Positions 40,176-49,424 are shown, counted from the first letter of the stretch. The stretch: DNA of 59,451 bases from Porticoccaceae bacterium (GCA_038145405.1 JAYQPQ010000003.1:1-59451), one strand, 5' to 3'. A program made the numbers and translations. The notes: generated by a model not told the origin, from the letters alone.

Positions 40176-40193
40176 CCGCGCTCCCGATAATCC

Positions 40194-40269
<76 letters not shown>

Positions 40270-40275
40270 ATAAAC

Positions 40276-40306
40276 AACCCCGATCCGTAAGGTTTGGGGT
40301 TTTTTA
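40276..40306 (+). terminator. Rho-independent terminator after tRNA-Ala
   Basis: AACCCCGATCC-GTAA-GGTTTGGGGTT hairpin (one mismatch, one G-U pair) followed by a T-run. Confidence 0.75.
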
Positions 40307-40551
40307 TTGGCTGATCGGGTTCGAACTGCCGAAGGCGGTTACACCAATCCGTCGGGAGCCAATTTGGGACGAAAAGCGCAGCGCATCGGTGCCGTCGACC
40401 CGAATACAGGGATGTATGAATCAGTCGAGCCTTGCCGCCATGACCACGAGGGGGGGCGGAAATGTCAGTTTGATAGGAGCAAAGTCGACCGGCATCCATG
40501 CCTCACGCGACACTTGTGCTTGCTGAATTTTGTCCAGCACAATCACGTACC

Positions 40552-40581
40552 AACCCGGCACGCGCCGGGTTCTTTCGGTTT
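40552..40581 (+). terminator. Second, orphan terminator-like hairpin 250 nt downstream of the tRNA-Ala terminator
   Basis: AACCCGGC-ACGC-GCCGGGTT is a perfect 8-bp stem followed by CTTTCGGTTT. No annotated plus-strand gene ends here. Confidence 0.4.
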
Positions 40582-40667
40582 AAGCGCAGGGTGCAAGTAG
40601 CACCCGAGCGCAAGAGGACTGTCAGTCACTGTCTGTCAGCATGTTCTTGTAGCCAAAGGGCCAGCCT

Positions 40668-41303
40668 ATGAAGCGGTATTTCCTGTCCCCCATTTTTAGC
40701 GTCGTATTGCTCGTCTGCCTGGCTGGTCAGGCCCAGGCTGATCTCGCTTATCGGAATAGCTTGGGCATTGCCACCACAGCAGGTGCCTGGGATCTCTCAC
40801 TGAGTTCCATCCAGACCGCCGATGAATTCGGTGCTTCACTGGGCTCCTACTCGCTGAGTTTTGGCGCTAACCGCAGCATAGGCTCCGGACACCGCCTGCT
40901 GATGGATGGCGCCCGTTATAACAACCGTGCGGGCGAAAGCTGGACGACCTTTTCCCGATATCGGCTTGGCTGGAGCTATCGCTGGCAGCCCGATGACATC
41001 GCCTGGACGGCGACGACCCGCCTGGAGCACCGGGACGTGTCCGGCGATCAGCATCAGCGCCTGGAGCTGAGCCTGCAGGCCGGCAAGCGCTATGTGGCCT
41101 GGAGCCCTTACCTGTCGGCCCAGTTGCGCTATCACCTCACCGATCAATACATGCTGCTGCGCCGCGCCAATCTGGGCACCGGCTTTCAGCTTAATGAGCA
41201 GTGGAATTTAGGCATCGCTATACGCTACCAACAGAGCAAGCGTGCTGGTGAGTGGGCAGACCCCGAGCCGGTGGTGAGCACCAGTATCGAATTTGAATTC
41301 TGA
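40668..41303 (+). CDS. Hypothetical outer-membrane beta-barrel protein
   Basis: Signal peptide MKRYFLSPIFSVVLLVCLAGQAQA, alternating amphipathic strands rich in Y/R/W (RYRLGWSYRW, LRYHL, IAIRYQQ), and a C-terminal ...IEFEF with terminal Phe. Confidence 0.68.
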   Translation: MKRYFLSPIFSVVLLVCLAGQAQADLAYRNSLGIATTAGAWDLSLSSIQTADEFGASLGSYSLSFGANRSIGSGHRLLMDGARYNNRAGESWTTFSRYRLGWSYRWQPDDIAWTATTRLEHRDVSGDQHQRLELSLQAGKRYVAWSPYLSAQLRYHLTDQYMLLRRANLGTGFQLNEQWNLGIAIRYQQSKRAGEWADPEPVVSTSIEFEF

Positions 41304-41319
41304 ACTCCCGGATAAGCGA

Positions 41320-41931
41320 TCAGGGCTTGGCGTAAGCTAGGCGTCGTAGAGATCGCACCTGGTAATAACTGTCCAGGCCGCACACCGCAAGCCCGCCCAG
41401 CAGATCCATATCCAGCGTACCGTCATCGCCGAGCGCACCTTCGCTCATGCGTACTTCACAGATCTCGCCGATGATCAGGCAGGTCTGATTAATATCCAAT
41501 TCAATCTGCTGGCGCAGCTTGAGGCCGATGCCGAGTCGAGATTCTGCTACATAGGGGGCCGCCAGTTCCTCGCTGTAGGCTTCTGTAAGCCCGGTGGTTG
41601 CGAATTCACTTTGTTCCCTGGGGTAGCGGGCGGAAGTTTGATGGGTCTGCTCGAGAATGTCGGCATGGGCCAGATTAAGCGTAAAGCAGTGGGTCTGCAG
41701 GATATTCTCCAGACTGTGCCGCGGCACCGAATGCGGTCGAAATATCAGACCGATCAAGGCCGGGTCCGCACCCAGGTGAAATACCGAGCTAAAGAGCGCC
41801 AGATTAGTCAATCCGTCGGCGTCGGCCGAGCCCAGCAGAAAGGGTGACTTGTAGCCGGTGAGACCATTGACCAGGCGAGCCCGATCGCGCTGGGCCATCG
41901 CGTCGAGATCGTCTTTTTTTAATTGCAGCAC
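41320..41931 (-). CDS. Flavin reductase-like (FMN-binding split-barrel) protein
   Basis: RARLVNGLTGYKSPFLLGSADADGLTNLALFSSVFHLGADPALIGLIFRP is typical of this family. GTG 41931 is preferred because GGAGA lies 6 nt upstream. The ORF is open to TTG 41991. Confidence 0.78.
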   Translation of the reverse strand: MLQLKKDDLDAMAQRDRARLVNGLTGYKSPFLLGSADADGLTNLALFSSVFHLGADPALIGLIFRPHSVPRHSLENILQTHCFTLNLAHADILEQTHQTSARYPREQSEFATTGLTEAYSEELAAPYVAESRLGIGLKLRQQIELDINQTCLIIGEICEVRMSEGALGDDGTLDMDLLGGLAVCGLDSYYQVRSLRRLAYAKP

Positions 41932-42419
41932 CTTATGTCTCCAATGCATGCGGGCCGCCCGCATCATGCAGCTTCGCTTTGCAGTCGACAATGCAATCTA
42001 ACCTGTCGGTAATGGAATAAACGACCAGCCTGTCACGTCAACCTGATGTCATTCGCAAATCATTGAAGTAATGACATGTTGACCAAACAACGCAAATTAA
42101 CCCCGGTACCAATTGCCTGCTTCCAGCCAGCTCCTTTGCATCCACTCTGAGCATGAGTGATCGCCGCAGCGAGGTGGAATTACCCCTGCAGACCAATCTG
42201 GGCAAGGAGATGCACCCCGACGCGCTGGAGACTTACGATGCCCGCGAGGGCTTTGCTGAGCTGAATCCAGTGGCCGCGGACTCCTGATAACCTGCCTGGC
42301 GGGGCCCGGTCCAGCTCTTGACGGCCCGGAAATTTCGCAACCCCCTCCGACTTCTTTATAATGGCCAGCCCACTGGGGCAGGTTGCCCCAACTCCAACTT
42401 TCATTTACGGAGACATTCA

Positions 42420-43400
42420 GTGAAGTCACCTGTTCGCGTTACCGTTACCGGCGCCGCCGGCCAAATCAGCTATTCCCTGCTTTTCCGCATAGCTTCAGGT
42501 TCCATGCTGGGTCCGGACCAGCCGGTGATTCTGCAGATGCTGGAAATTACCCCAGCCCTGGGTGCGCTTAAGGGTGTTGCGATGGAGTTGGACGACTGTG
42601 CCTTCCCGCTGCTGGCCGGCATGGTGCTGACCGATGACCCAGCCGTCGCTTTCAAGGATGCCGATTATGCACTGTTGGTGGGTGCCCGTCCGCGCGGCCC
42701 GGGCATGGAACGCAAGGATCTGCTGCAGGCCAACGCTGCCATTTTCTCGGTGCAGGGCAAGGCCATTAACGATCACGCCAGCCGACGCATCAAGGTGCTG
42801 GTTGTCGGCAACCCGGCCAACACCAATGCCCTGATCACCCAGCGCAATGCCCCGGATATCGACCCCAGCCAGATCACCGCCATGATGCGTCTGGATCACA
42901 ACCGCTCGTTGACCCAGCTGGCCAACAAGGTTGGTGGTCACTGCACCGATGTCACCCAGATGACGGTGTGGGGCAACCATTCCGCAACCCAATATCCCGA
43001 TTTGCACCACGCTCTTTACAAAGGCAAGCCGGCCCTGTCGCTGGTGGATCAGGCCTGGTACGAAAGCGATTTCATTCCTACCGTGCAACAGCGCGGCGCT
43101 GCCATCATTACCGCACGCGGGGCCTCCAGTGCGGCCTCCGCCGCCAATGCCGCTGTCGACCATATGCGCACCTGGGTCATGGGCACGCCGGCCAACGACT
43201 GGGTCAGCATGGGTATCTATTCCGATGGCAGCTACGGCATCGAAAAAGGTCTGATGTACTCCTATCCCTGCCGCTGCAAGAACGGCAAGTGGGAGATCGT
43301 CCAGGGCCTGGAGATCAATGAATTTTCGCGCGTCCGCATGAAGGCAACAGAAAAAGAGCTGGCCGACGAGCGCGACGCGGTCGCCAGCCTGCTGCCCTGA
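42420..43400 (+). CDS. mdh: Malate dehydrogenase (326-aa LDH-like MDH type)
   Basis: GTG 42420 is preceded by [52 protein letters not shown], and the catalytic MMRLDHNR are present. Confidence 0.93.
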   Translation: MKSPVRVTVTGAAGQISYSLLFRIASGSMLGPDQPVILQMLEITPALGALKGVAMELDDCAFPLLAGMVLTDDPAVAFKDADYALLVGARPRGPGMERKDLLQANAAIFSVQGKAINDHASRRIKVLVVGNPANTNALITQRNAPDIDPSQITAMMRLDHNRSLTQLANKVGGHCTDVTQMTVWGNHSATQYPDLHHALYKGKPALSLVDQAWYESDFIPTVQQRGAAIITARGASSAASAANAAVDHMRTWVMGTPANDWVSMGIYSDGSYGIEKGLMYSYPCRCKNGKWEIVQGLEINEFSRVRMKATEKELADERDAVASLLP

Positions 43401-43409
43401 TCGCCGGAC

Positions 43410-43883
43410 ATGGCCTTTCCTGCAATAGGCGAACCAGCGCCGTCGTTCAGTCTGCTCAACCAGGATGGCGAGACGGTTCAGCTCAGCGATTATCGCGGGC
43501 AAATCGTGGCGCTGTATTTCTATCCCAAGGCCATGACGCCAGGCTGTACTACCCAGGCCTGTGGCCTGCGCGATAGCCGTGCCGAACTCAAGCGGCGTGG
43601 TGTAGTGGTACTGGGCGTCAGCCCGGATCCGCCAGCCCGGCTGAAGAAGTTTGCCGACAAGGAAGGGCTCAATTTCACCCTGCTATCGGACCCCGATCAT
43701 CGCCTGGCGGAACGCTACGGTGTCTGGGGTAGCAAGAAGTTTATGGGGCGCATATTCGACGGCATCCGGCGCACTACCTTTATCATCGACAAGTCTGGTA
43801 ACCTCGTGCAGGTCATGGATAAGGTCCACACCCGGACCCACCACGGCGATCTGCTCGAGTGGATTAGCGGACACCTCAACTGA
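43410..43883 (+). CDS. bcp: Peroxiredoxin Bcp (thiol peroxidase)
   Basis: APSFSLLNQDGETVQLSDYRG..VALYFYPKAMTPGCTTQACGLRD. Confidence 0.93.
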   Translation: MAFPAIGEPAPSFSLLNQDGETVQLSDYRGQIVALYFYPKAMTPGCTTQACGLRDSRAELKRRGVVVLGVSPDPPARLKKFADKEGLNFTLLSDPDHRLAERYGVWGSKKFMGRIFDGIRRTTFIIDKSGNLVQVMDKVHTRTHHGDLLEWISGHLN

Positions 43884-43895
43884 CGGAGTACTACC

Positions 43896-44228
43896 TTGAT
43901 CGAATTCCTTATCCCGGCGGCACAAGCTCAACAAACGGCTGCTGCAGAACCCAATCCACTCTTTTCCCTGATCATGTTTGGCGGCTTGTTCGTCATCATG
44001 TACTTCATGCTGATCCGGCCCCAGCGCAAGCGTCAGAAAGAACACCAAAACCTGGTGCAGAATCTGGCCAAGGGCGACGAGGTGGTGCTGACCAGTGGCA
44101 TGATCGGCCGCATCACTCACCTGAATGACGATTATCTGACGATCGACACCGGCACCGTGGAGCTGCGCTTCCAGCGTGTGGCTGTGCATGCGGTGTTGCC
44201 GAAGGGAACCATTAAAAGCATCGCCTGA
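43896..44228 (+). CDS. yajC: Preprotein translocase subunit YajC
   Basis: TTG start; LIMFGGLFVIMYFMLIRPQRKRQKEHQNLV..LAKGDEVVLTSGMIGRI. Confidence 0.88.
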   Translation: MIEFLIPAAQAQQTAAAEPNPLFSLIMFGGLFVIMYFMLIRPQRKRQKEHQNLVQNLAKGDEVVLTSGMIGRITHLNDDYLTIDTGTVELRFQRVAVHAVLPKGTIKSIA

Positions 44229-44243
44229 GGCCAGGGCGGAGCC

Positions 44244-45254
44244 ATGCAGTCCATTCCCCGGCTCCGCCTCGCCCAGCTTCCCACGCCCTTCCATAAACTC
44301 GAGCGCCTGTCGGACGAAATCGGCAGGTCAATCTGGGTCAAACGGGACGACCTTACCGGCGCCGCCACCTCTGGCAACAAAATTCGCAAACTGGAATTTG
44401 CCCTGGCGCAGGCGCGGGCAGAGGGTGCCAAGGTCATCATTACCTGCGGCGGATTGCAGTCCAATCACTGCCGGGCGACAGCCATCCTCGGCCGCCAGCA
44501 GGGCTTCAAAGTCCACCTGCTGCTGCGGGGTGAGAAGCCGGCCGAGCCTGACGGCAACCTTTTTCTCGATCGCCTGGCCGGCGCCGAAATCAGCTATTTT
44601 TCGCGGCGCTACTACCAGGCGCGACTGGACTTCATCGTTGAGGAAACCTGCGAGCACTACCGCAAGCAGGGCCTAAAGCCCTATTTCATCACCACCGGAG
44701 CCAGCGATGTCGTGGGCGTTTGGGGTTATGTCGAGGCGGCTCGTGAACTGCTCAAAGACATCCAGCGCCACCAGCTGAAGCCCGATGCCGTGGTGATCGC
44801 CACGGGTTCCGGCGGTACCCAGGCCGGTCTCACGGCGGGAATGGCGCTGGCCGGTTCCGACTGCCCGGTGCTCGGCTTTGCGGTGTGCGACGACGCCCCC
44901 TGGTTCCAAAGCAAGATCTACACCGACCTGGAAGCCTGGAAAAAGCGCTACCAACAGCAGTTGGACCTGCAACAGCTCGATATCCGCGTCAACGACGCCT
45001 ATATCGGCCCCGGCTATGCCGAGGCGCAACCTCAGGTCTTTCGCCTGATTCAGAAAATGCTGCAGGATGAAGCCCTGCTGCTTGATCCGGTCTACACCGG
45101 TAAGGCCTTTTACGGCATGCTGGAAGAGTTGAAGGGTGGCGAGCTCGCCGGCAGAGGCGAGCTGGTTTTTGTTCACACCGGTGGGGCATTTGGCCTGATG
45201 GCGCAGCGTCAGGAGGCCATGCTCCATCTAAATGGCAAAAGGCAGGGTATGTGA
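44244..45254 (+). CDS. PLP-dependent D-cysteine desulfhydrase / ACC deaminase family enzyme
   Basis: LPTPFHKLERLSDEIGRSIWVKRDDLTG...SGNKIRKLEFAL (PLP Lys), GGLQSNHCRATA, DPVYTGKAF and FVHTGG align along the whole length with my recollection of E. coli DcyD. Confidence 0.8.
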   Translation: MQSIPRLRLAQLPTPFHKLERLSDEIGRSIWVKRDDLTGAATSGNKIRKLEFALAQARAEGAKVIITCGGLQSNHCRATAILGRQQGFKVHLLLRGEKPAEPDGNLFLDRLAGAEISYFSRRYYQARLDFIVEETCEHYRKQGLKPYFITTGASDVVGVWGYVEAARELLKDIQRHQLKPDAVVIATGSGGTQAGLTAGMALAGSDCPVLGFAVCDDAPWFQSKIYTDLEAWKKRYQQQLDLQQLDIRVNDAYIGPGYAEAQPQVFRLIQKMLQDEALLLDPVYTGKAFYGMLEELKGGELAGRGELVFVHTGGAFGLMAQRQEAMLHLNGKRQGM

Positions 45255-46576
45255 TGCAGTGGCTAAATGATCTGAATGCGTTGGTTTGGGGTGTGCCCAT
45301 GCTGTTACTCCTGTTGGGCACGGGCATCTATCTCACCCTCGGTCTCAAGGCCATGCCCATACGCCGTATTGGCTATGGCTTCCGTCAGCTGTGGGAGGGG
45401 CGCCACGGCAGCGGCCCCGGTGAAATTTCGGCTTTCCGGGCGCTGATGACCTCGCTTTCGGCGACCGTAGGTACCGGCAACATTGCCGGCGTGGCTACCG
45501 CCATCGGCATCGGCGGGCCGGGCGCACTGTTCTGGATGTGGATGACGGCGCTGGTCGGCATGGCTACCAAATACGGTGAGGCGTTGTTGGCCGTGCATTA
45601 CCGCGAGAAGGATGACAAGGGCGCCTTTGTCGGCGGCCCCATGTATTACATTCGCAACGGCATGGGCAAAAAGTGGACCTGGCTAGCGGTGGTCTTTGCC
45701 CTGTTCTGCGGTTTTGGCGGCCTGGGGATCGGCAACACAGTGCAGGCCAACTCGGTGGCCGACGCCATGCAGCAGGCCTTTGCCATACCCGAACTGGCCA
45801 CCGGTCTGATTCTGGCGGTGATCACTGCCCTGGTAATTCTGGGTGGACTGAAGCGTATCGCCGGCGTAGCGTCGCGGTTGGTGCCCTTTATGGCCATCGG
45901 TTACTGCGGGGCGGCGCTGATTGTGGTGTTGCTGAATCTGCCCGAGGTGCCCGGCGCTTTGGTTGCTATCGTCAAGGACGCCTTTGCGCCCACGGCTGCG
46001 GAGGGCGGCTTTGCTGGCGCCACCGTCTGGTTGGCGATCCGCATGGGTGTGGCGCGCGGTGTATTTTCCAATGAAGCCGGCCTCGGCAGCGCCCCCATCG
46101 CCCACGCCGCCGCACAGACCGATACGCCGGCACGCCAGGGTTCAGTGGCCATGTTGGGCACCTTTATCGATACCCTGATTATCTGCACCATGACCGGTCT
46201 GGCCATCGTGCTGACACAAAGCTGGACCGGCGAGGCTCAGGGTGCCGCCATGACGGCCGCCGCCTTTGGTCAGCTGCTGGGCTTTGGCGAAGAACTGGTG
46301 GCGTTGGCCATTGCGCTCTTTGCCTTTACCACAATCCTGGGTTGGAGCTATTACAGCGAACGCTGCATGGAATTTCTGTTCGGCACCCGCGTACTGCTGG
46401 CCTTCCGCTGGCTCTGGGTGATCGTCATCCCCTTTGGCGCGGTGATGAACCTCGGCGTGATCTGGACTCTGGCCGACACAATGAATGGCTTGATGGCCAT
46501 TCCGAACCTCATCGCCCTGCTGGTGTTGAGCCCCGTGATCTTCAAGCTGACCAGGGATTTCGGTCTGATTAAATGA
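45251..46576 (+). CDS. Alanine/glycine:cation symporter (AGCS) family transporter
   Basis: ISAFRALMTSLSATVGTGNIAGVATAI..GGPGALFWMW..A..GMATKYGEA, and FSNEAGLGSAPIAHAAA. The GTGATG start overlaps the upstream stop. Confidence 0.9.
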   Translation: MMQWLNDLNALVWGVPMLLLLLGTGIYLTLGLKAMPIRRIGYGFRQLWEGRHGSGPGEISAFRALMTSLSATVGTGNIAGVATAIGIGGPGALFWMWMTALVGMATKYGEALLAVHYREKDDKGAFVGGPMYYIRNGMGKKWTWLAVVFALFCGFGGLGIGNTVQANSVADAMQQAFAIPELATGLILAVITALVILGGLKRIAGVASRLVPFMAIGYCGAALIVVLLNLPEVPGALVAIVKDAFAPTAAEGGFAGATVWLAIRMGVARGVFSNEAGLGSAPIAHAAAQTDTPARQGSVAMLGTFIDTLIICTMTGLAIVLTQSWTGEAQGAAMTAAAFGQLLGFGEELVALAIALFAFTTILGWSYYSERCMEFLFGTRVLLAFRWLWVIVIPFGAVMNLGVIWTLADTMNGLMAIPNLIALLVLSPVIFKLTRDFGLIK

Positions 46577-47478
46577 GCACTGTCGCCAAGGCTTACAACA
46601 AGCTGGTTATCGCGATTTCCTCGCGCGCCCTGTTCGATCTGGACGAGAGTCATCAGGTCTACATGGAGCGAGGCGTACAGGCTTACGCCGATTACCAGAT
46701 TGCGCGCGAGAACGAGCCGCTCAAGGAAGGCGAGGCCTTTGGCTTGGTTACCAAGATGCTCGGCATCAACGAGCTGCTGGGCGAGACGCTCGTCGAGGTC
46801 ATCCTGTTGTCGCGCAACAGTGCCGATACCGGCCTGCGCATCTTCAACTCCATCGAGCATTACGGCCTGAATATCAGCCGCGCGGCCTTCAGCGGGGGTG
46901 GTAACCCCTGGCGCTACGTGCTGCCCTTTGAATGCGATCTGTTTCTCTCGCTGCATGCCGAAGACGTAGCCAATGCGCTGCAGCAGGGAGTCGCGGCGGC
47001 AACCTTGGTACCGCGCCCGAAACAGAAGCGAGGCGGTGGCAACGAGATCCACTTTGCCTTTGATGGCGATGCAGTGCTGTTCTCCGATGAGTCCGAGCGC
47101 ATCTTCAAGGAGCAGGGCCTCGAGGCCTTTTCAAAGAATGAAAAGATTGCTGCAAATCAACCGCTTAGCGGCGGACCTTTTCGTAATTTCTTAGCTTCAT
47201 TGCAACAGCTGCAGGCACGCTTTGCCCCGGGTGAATGCCCGCTGCGCACGGCCCTGGTGACGGCGCGCGCCGCGCCGGCGCACGAGCGCGTTATTCGCAC
47301 CCTGCGCGACTGGAATATCCGCATCGACGAGTCCCTCTTCCTGGGTGGCCTGCCCAAGGGCGAATTTCTGCGCGCCTACGGTGCCGATGTGTTCTTTGAC
47401 GACCAGATGAGCCATGTGGATTCAGCCAAAGAGCACGTCGCAGTCGGCCATGTGCCCCATGGTGTGGCCAATCGCTAA
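46573..47478 (+). CDS. Bacterial 5'-nucleotidase family protein (cytosolic-5'-nucleotidase-I-like HAD fold)
   Basis: LVIAISSRALFDLDESHQVYMERGVQAYADYQ, the HFAFDGDAVLFSDESE DxDx motif, and ALVTARAAPAHERV..TL are present. The start overlaps the symporter stop (ATGA). Confidence 0.75.
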   Translation: MSTVAKAYNKLVIAISSRALFDLDESHQVYMERGVQAYADYQIARENEPLKEGEAFGLVTKMLGINELLGETLVEVILLSRNSADTGLRIFNSIEHYGLNISRAAFSGGGNPWRYVLPFECDLFLSLHAEDVANALQQGVAAATLVPRPKQKRGGGNEIHFAFDGDAVLFSDESERIFKEQGLEAFSKNEKIAANQPLSGGPFRNFLASLQQLQARFAPGECPLRTALVTARAAPAHERVIRTLRDWNIRIDESLFLGGLPKGEFLRAYGADVFFDDQMSHVDSAKEHVAVGHVPHGVANR

Positions 47479-47537
47479 GGCGCGCCTGGGCGCCGTTTAA
47501 TCCCTACAGCGTCTCACGGTCCACGCGCTGGCAACGC

Positions 47538-49424
47538 TCACCCTGTTGGCGCCGCCGCCCAGTCATCTTCCAGTGAGGCAATTGCTTGGCGTAACTCGGT
47601 CTGGGATTTCAGCAGCTCCGCCAGCTTGCCTTTGTTCTGCTCTTGGTAAATCGCCGGATCGGCTAGCTCCGTTTCCACCTTCTTGAGTTTGGCCGTATGG
47701 CTTTCGATCTGATCGAGTAACTTTTGTGCCTTGCCGCGCAGGGATTTGGCCGCGTTGCGTTCGTCGGCGGCGGCTTTGCGGGCGGCCTTCTTGTCGATCT
47801 TGCCAGAGGGCTGCAGCTTGGTCGTTTTGGTCTTTTCGCTGCGCTGCGTATTGAGCCGCTCCTGATTCAACCAGTTGCGGTAGTCCTGCAGGTCGCCCTT
47901 GAACTCCGTGACGCTACTGTTGGCGACCAGCAGGTAGTTGTTGACGGTGTTCTCCAGCAGGTGGCGGTCATGCGACACCGTGATCACCGCCCCTTCAAAG
48001 CCCTGCAGCGCCATGGTGAGGGCGTGGCGCATTTCCAGGTCGAGGTGGTTGGTCGGTTCGTCGAGCAGCAGCAGGTTGGGCGCCTGCCACACCAGCATGG
48101 CCAGCACCAGGCGCGCTTTTTCGCCACCGGAGCGCGGCCCCACCGGATCGGTCGCCATGTCGCCCTGAAAATCAAAGCCGCCGAGAAAGCGACGCAATTG
48201 CTGTTCACCGGCATTGGGTGAAATGCGCCGCAGGTGCAGCAGCGGGCTAGCCTGAAGGTCGAGCTGTTCGATCTGGTGCTGGGCAAAGTAGCCGACGCGC
48301 AAATTGGCGCCAATGTGAATAACACCGGCCAGGGGTTTGAGGTCGCCTGCCAACGCGCGCACCAGGGTGGATTTGCCCGCGCCGTTCAGACCCAGCAGGC
48401 CTAGGCGATCGCCCGGATCAATGCTCAGGTTCACTTCCTGAAGAATACGGGTCTGACCGTAGCCGAGACTGACACCATCCAGCTTGATCAGTGGATTGCC
48501 GGCCGGTGGCGATTCGGGGAATTCGAAGTGGAAGGGCGAATCCACGTGCGCGGCGGCGATCTTTTCCATGCGCTCCATGGCCTTGATGCGGCTCTGCGCG
48601 GCCTTGGCCTTGGAGGCCTTGTAGCGGAAGCGGTCGACGAACTTCTGCATGTGTGCGAGTTCGCGCTGCTGCTTTTCGAACATGGATTGCTGCAGCGCCA
48701 GCTTGGCGGCGCGCTGGCGCTCGAAATCGCTGTAGGTGCCGGTGTAGTGGTTCAACCTGTTGTTTTCGATATGCAGGATCTCACCCACCACGGCGTCGAG
48801 AAATTCGCGGTCGTGGGAAATCAACAGCAGGGTGCCCTGGTAGCGCTTCAGCCAGTCTTCCAGCCAAAGCACCGTTTCCATGTCGAGGTGGTTGGTCGGT
48901 TCGTCGAGCAGCAGCAGATCGGACGGACACATTAGCGCCTGCGCCAGGCCGAGGCGCACGCGCCAACCGCCGGAGAATTCGCCCACGACCTTACTGTGTT
49001 CCTCCTGACTGAAACCCAGACCGTTGAGCAGTTCGCCGGCGCGAGCACGGGCGGTGTAGCCGTCGGCCTGGTCGTAGCGCAGGTGGGCGTGAGCGATGGC
49101 TTCGCCGTCGTCGCTGTTTTCGGTAGCCAGTATTTCCGCTTCGGCCAGCCGGAATTCCTTGTCGCCATCGAGCACGAACTCGATGGCCGCGCGCTGCAGA
49201 TCGCTGAACTGCTGCGCCATATGCGCCACTTCCCAGCCCTCGGGAATCGACAGCGAGCCGGCGTCCAGCGAAATGACATTGCGCAACAGCGCGAAGAGCG
49301 AGCTCTTGCCACAGCCGTTGGCGCCCACCAGGCCGACCTTGTGGCCGGGGAAGATGGTGGCGCTGCTTTCCTGCAACAGGGCGTCGGGGCCGCGTCGCAG
49401 CGTGATGGCGGATAACTGGATCAT
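47538..49424 (-). CDS. yheS: ABC-F family ATPase, YheS-like (two ABC cassettes plus a C-terminal coiled coil)
   Basis: Collinear with my recollection of E. coli YheS: GLVGANGCGKSSLFALL, FSGGWRVRLGLAQAL, LLLDEPTNHLD (twice), GLLGLNGAGKSTL and SGGEKARLVLA. Confidence 0.85.
   Translation of the reverse strand: MIQLSAITLRRGPDALLQESSATIFPGHKVGLVGANGCGKSSLFALLRNVISLDAGSLSIPEGWEVAHMAQQFSDLQRAAIEFVLDGDKEFRLAEAEILATENSDDGEAIAHAHLRYDQADGYTARARAGELLNGLGFSQEEHSKVVGEFSGGWRVRLGLAQALMCPSDLLLLDEPTNHLDMETVLWLEDWLKRYQGTLLLISHDREFLDAVVGEILHIENNRLNHYTGTYSDFERQRAAKLALQQSMFEKQQRELAHMQKFVDRFRYKASKAKAAQSRIKAMERMEKIAAAHVDSPFHFEFPESPPAGNPLIKLDGVSLGYGQTRILQEVNLSIDPGDRLGLLGLNGAGKSTLVRALAGDLKPLAGVIHIGANLRVGYFAQHQIEQLDLQASPLLHLRRISPNAGEQQLRRFLGGFDFQGDMATDPVGPRSGGEKARLVLAMLVWQAPNLLLLDEPTNHLDLEMRHALTMALQGFEGAVITVSHDRHLLENTVNNYLLVANSSVTEFKGDLQDYRNWLNQERLNTQRSEKTKTTKLQPSGKIDKKAARKAAADERNAAKSLRGKAQKLLDQIESHTAKLKKVETELADPAIYQEQNKGKLAELLKSQTELRQAIASLEDDWAAAPTG

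Noticed and set aside
40317-40326. A GGGTTCGAAC tRNA T-loop-like sequence just downstream of tRNA-Ala, considered as a possible duplicated tRNA 3' end or att site of an integrated element.
   Set aside because: The flanking bases cannot form a T-stem or acceptor stem. There is no repeat of the tRNA-Ala 3' end, and no integrase or foreign-looking genes follow.
40412-40600. A 62-aa Cys/His-rich ORF (MYESVEPCRHDHEGGRKCQFDRSKVDRHPC...), considered as a small metal-binding protein.
   Set aside because: It uses many codons that are rare in the neighbouring genes (AGG, CGA, TTA, TTG, GTA). It has no ribosome-binding site and reads straight through the terminator hairpin at 40552-40571.
42495-43502. 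A 335-aa minus-strand ORF opposite mdh. Similar long shadows lie opposite aspS (57542-58687), dnaX (28293-29078, 29127-30134), thrH/cysB (49925-50737, 50463-51251), gltX (38457-39254), the PP2C gene (35855-36565) and rne (9099-9812).
   Set aside because: Each overlaps a gene with strong motif evidence on the other strand. None shows a recognisable domain, and the compositions are typical of antisense translation.
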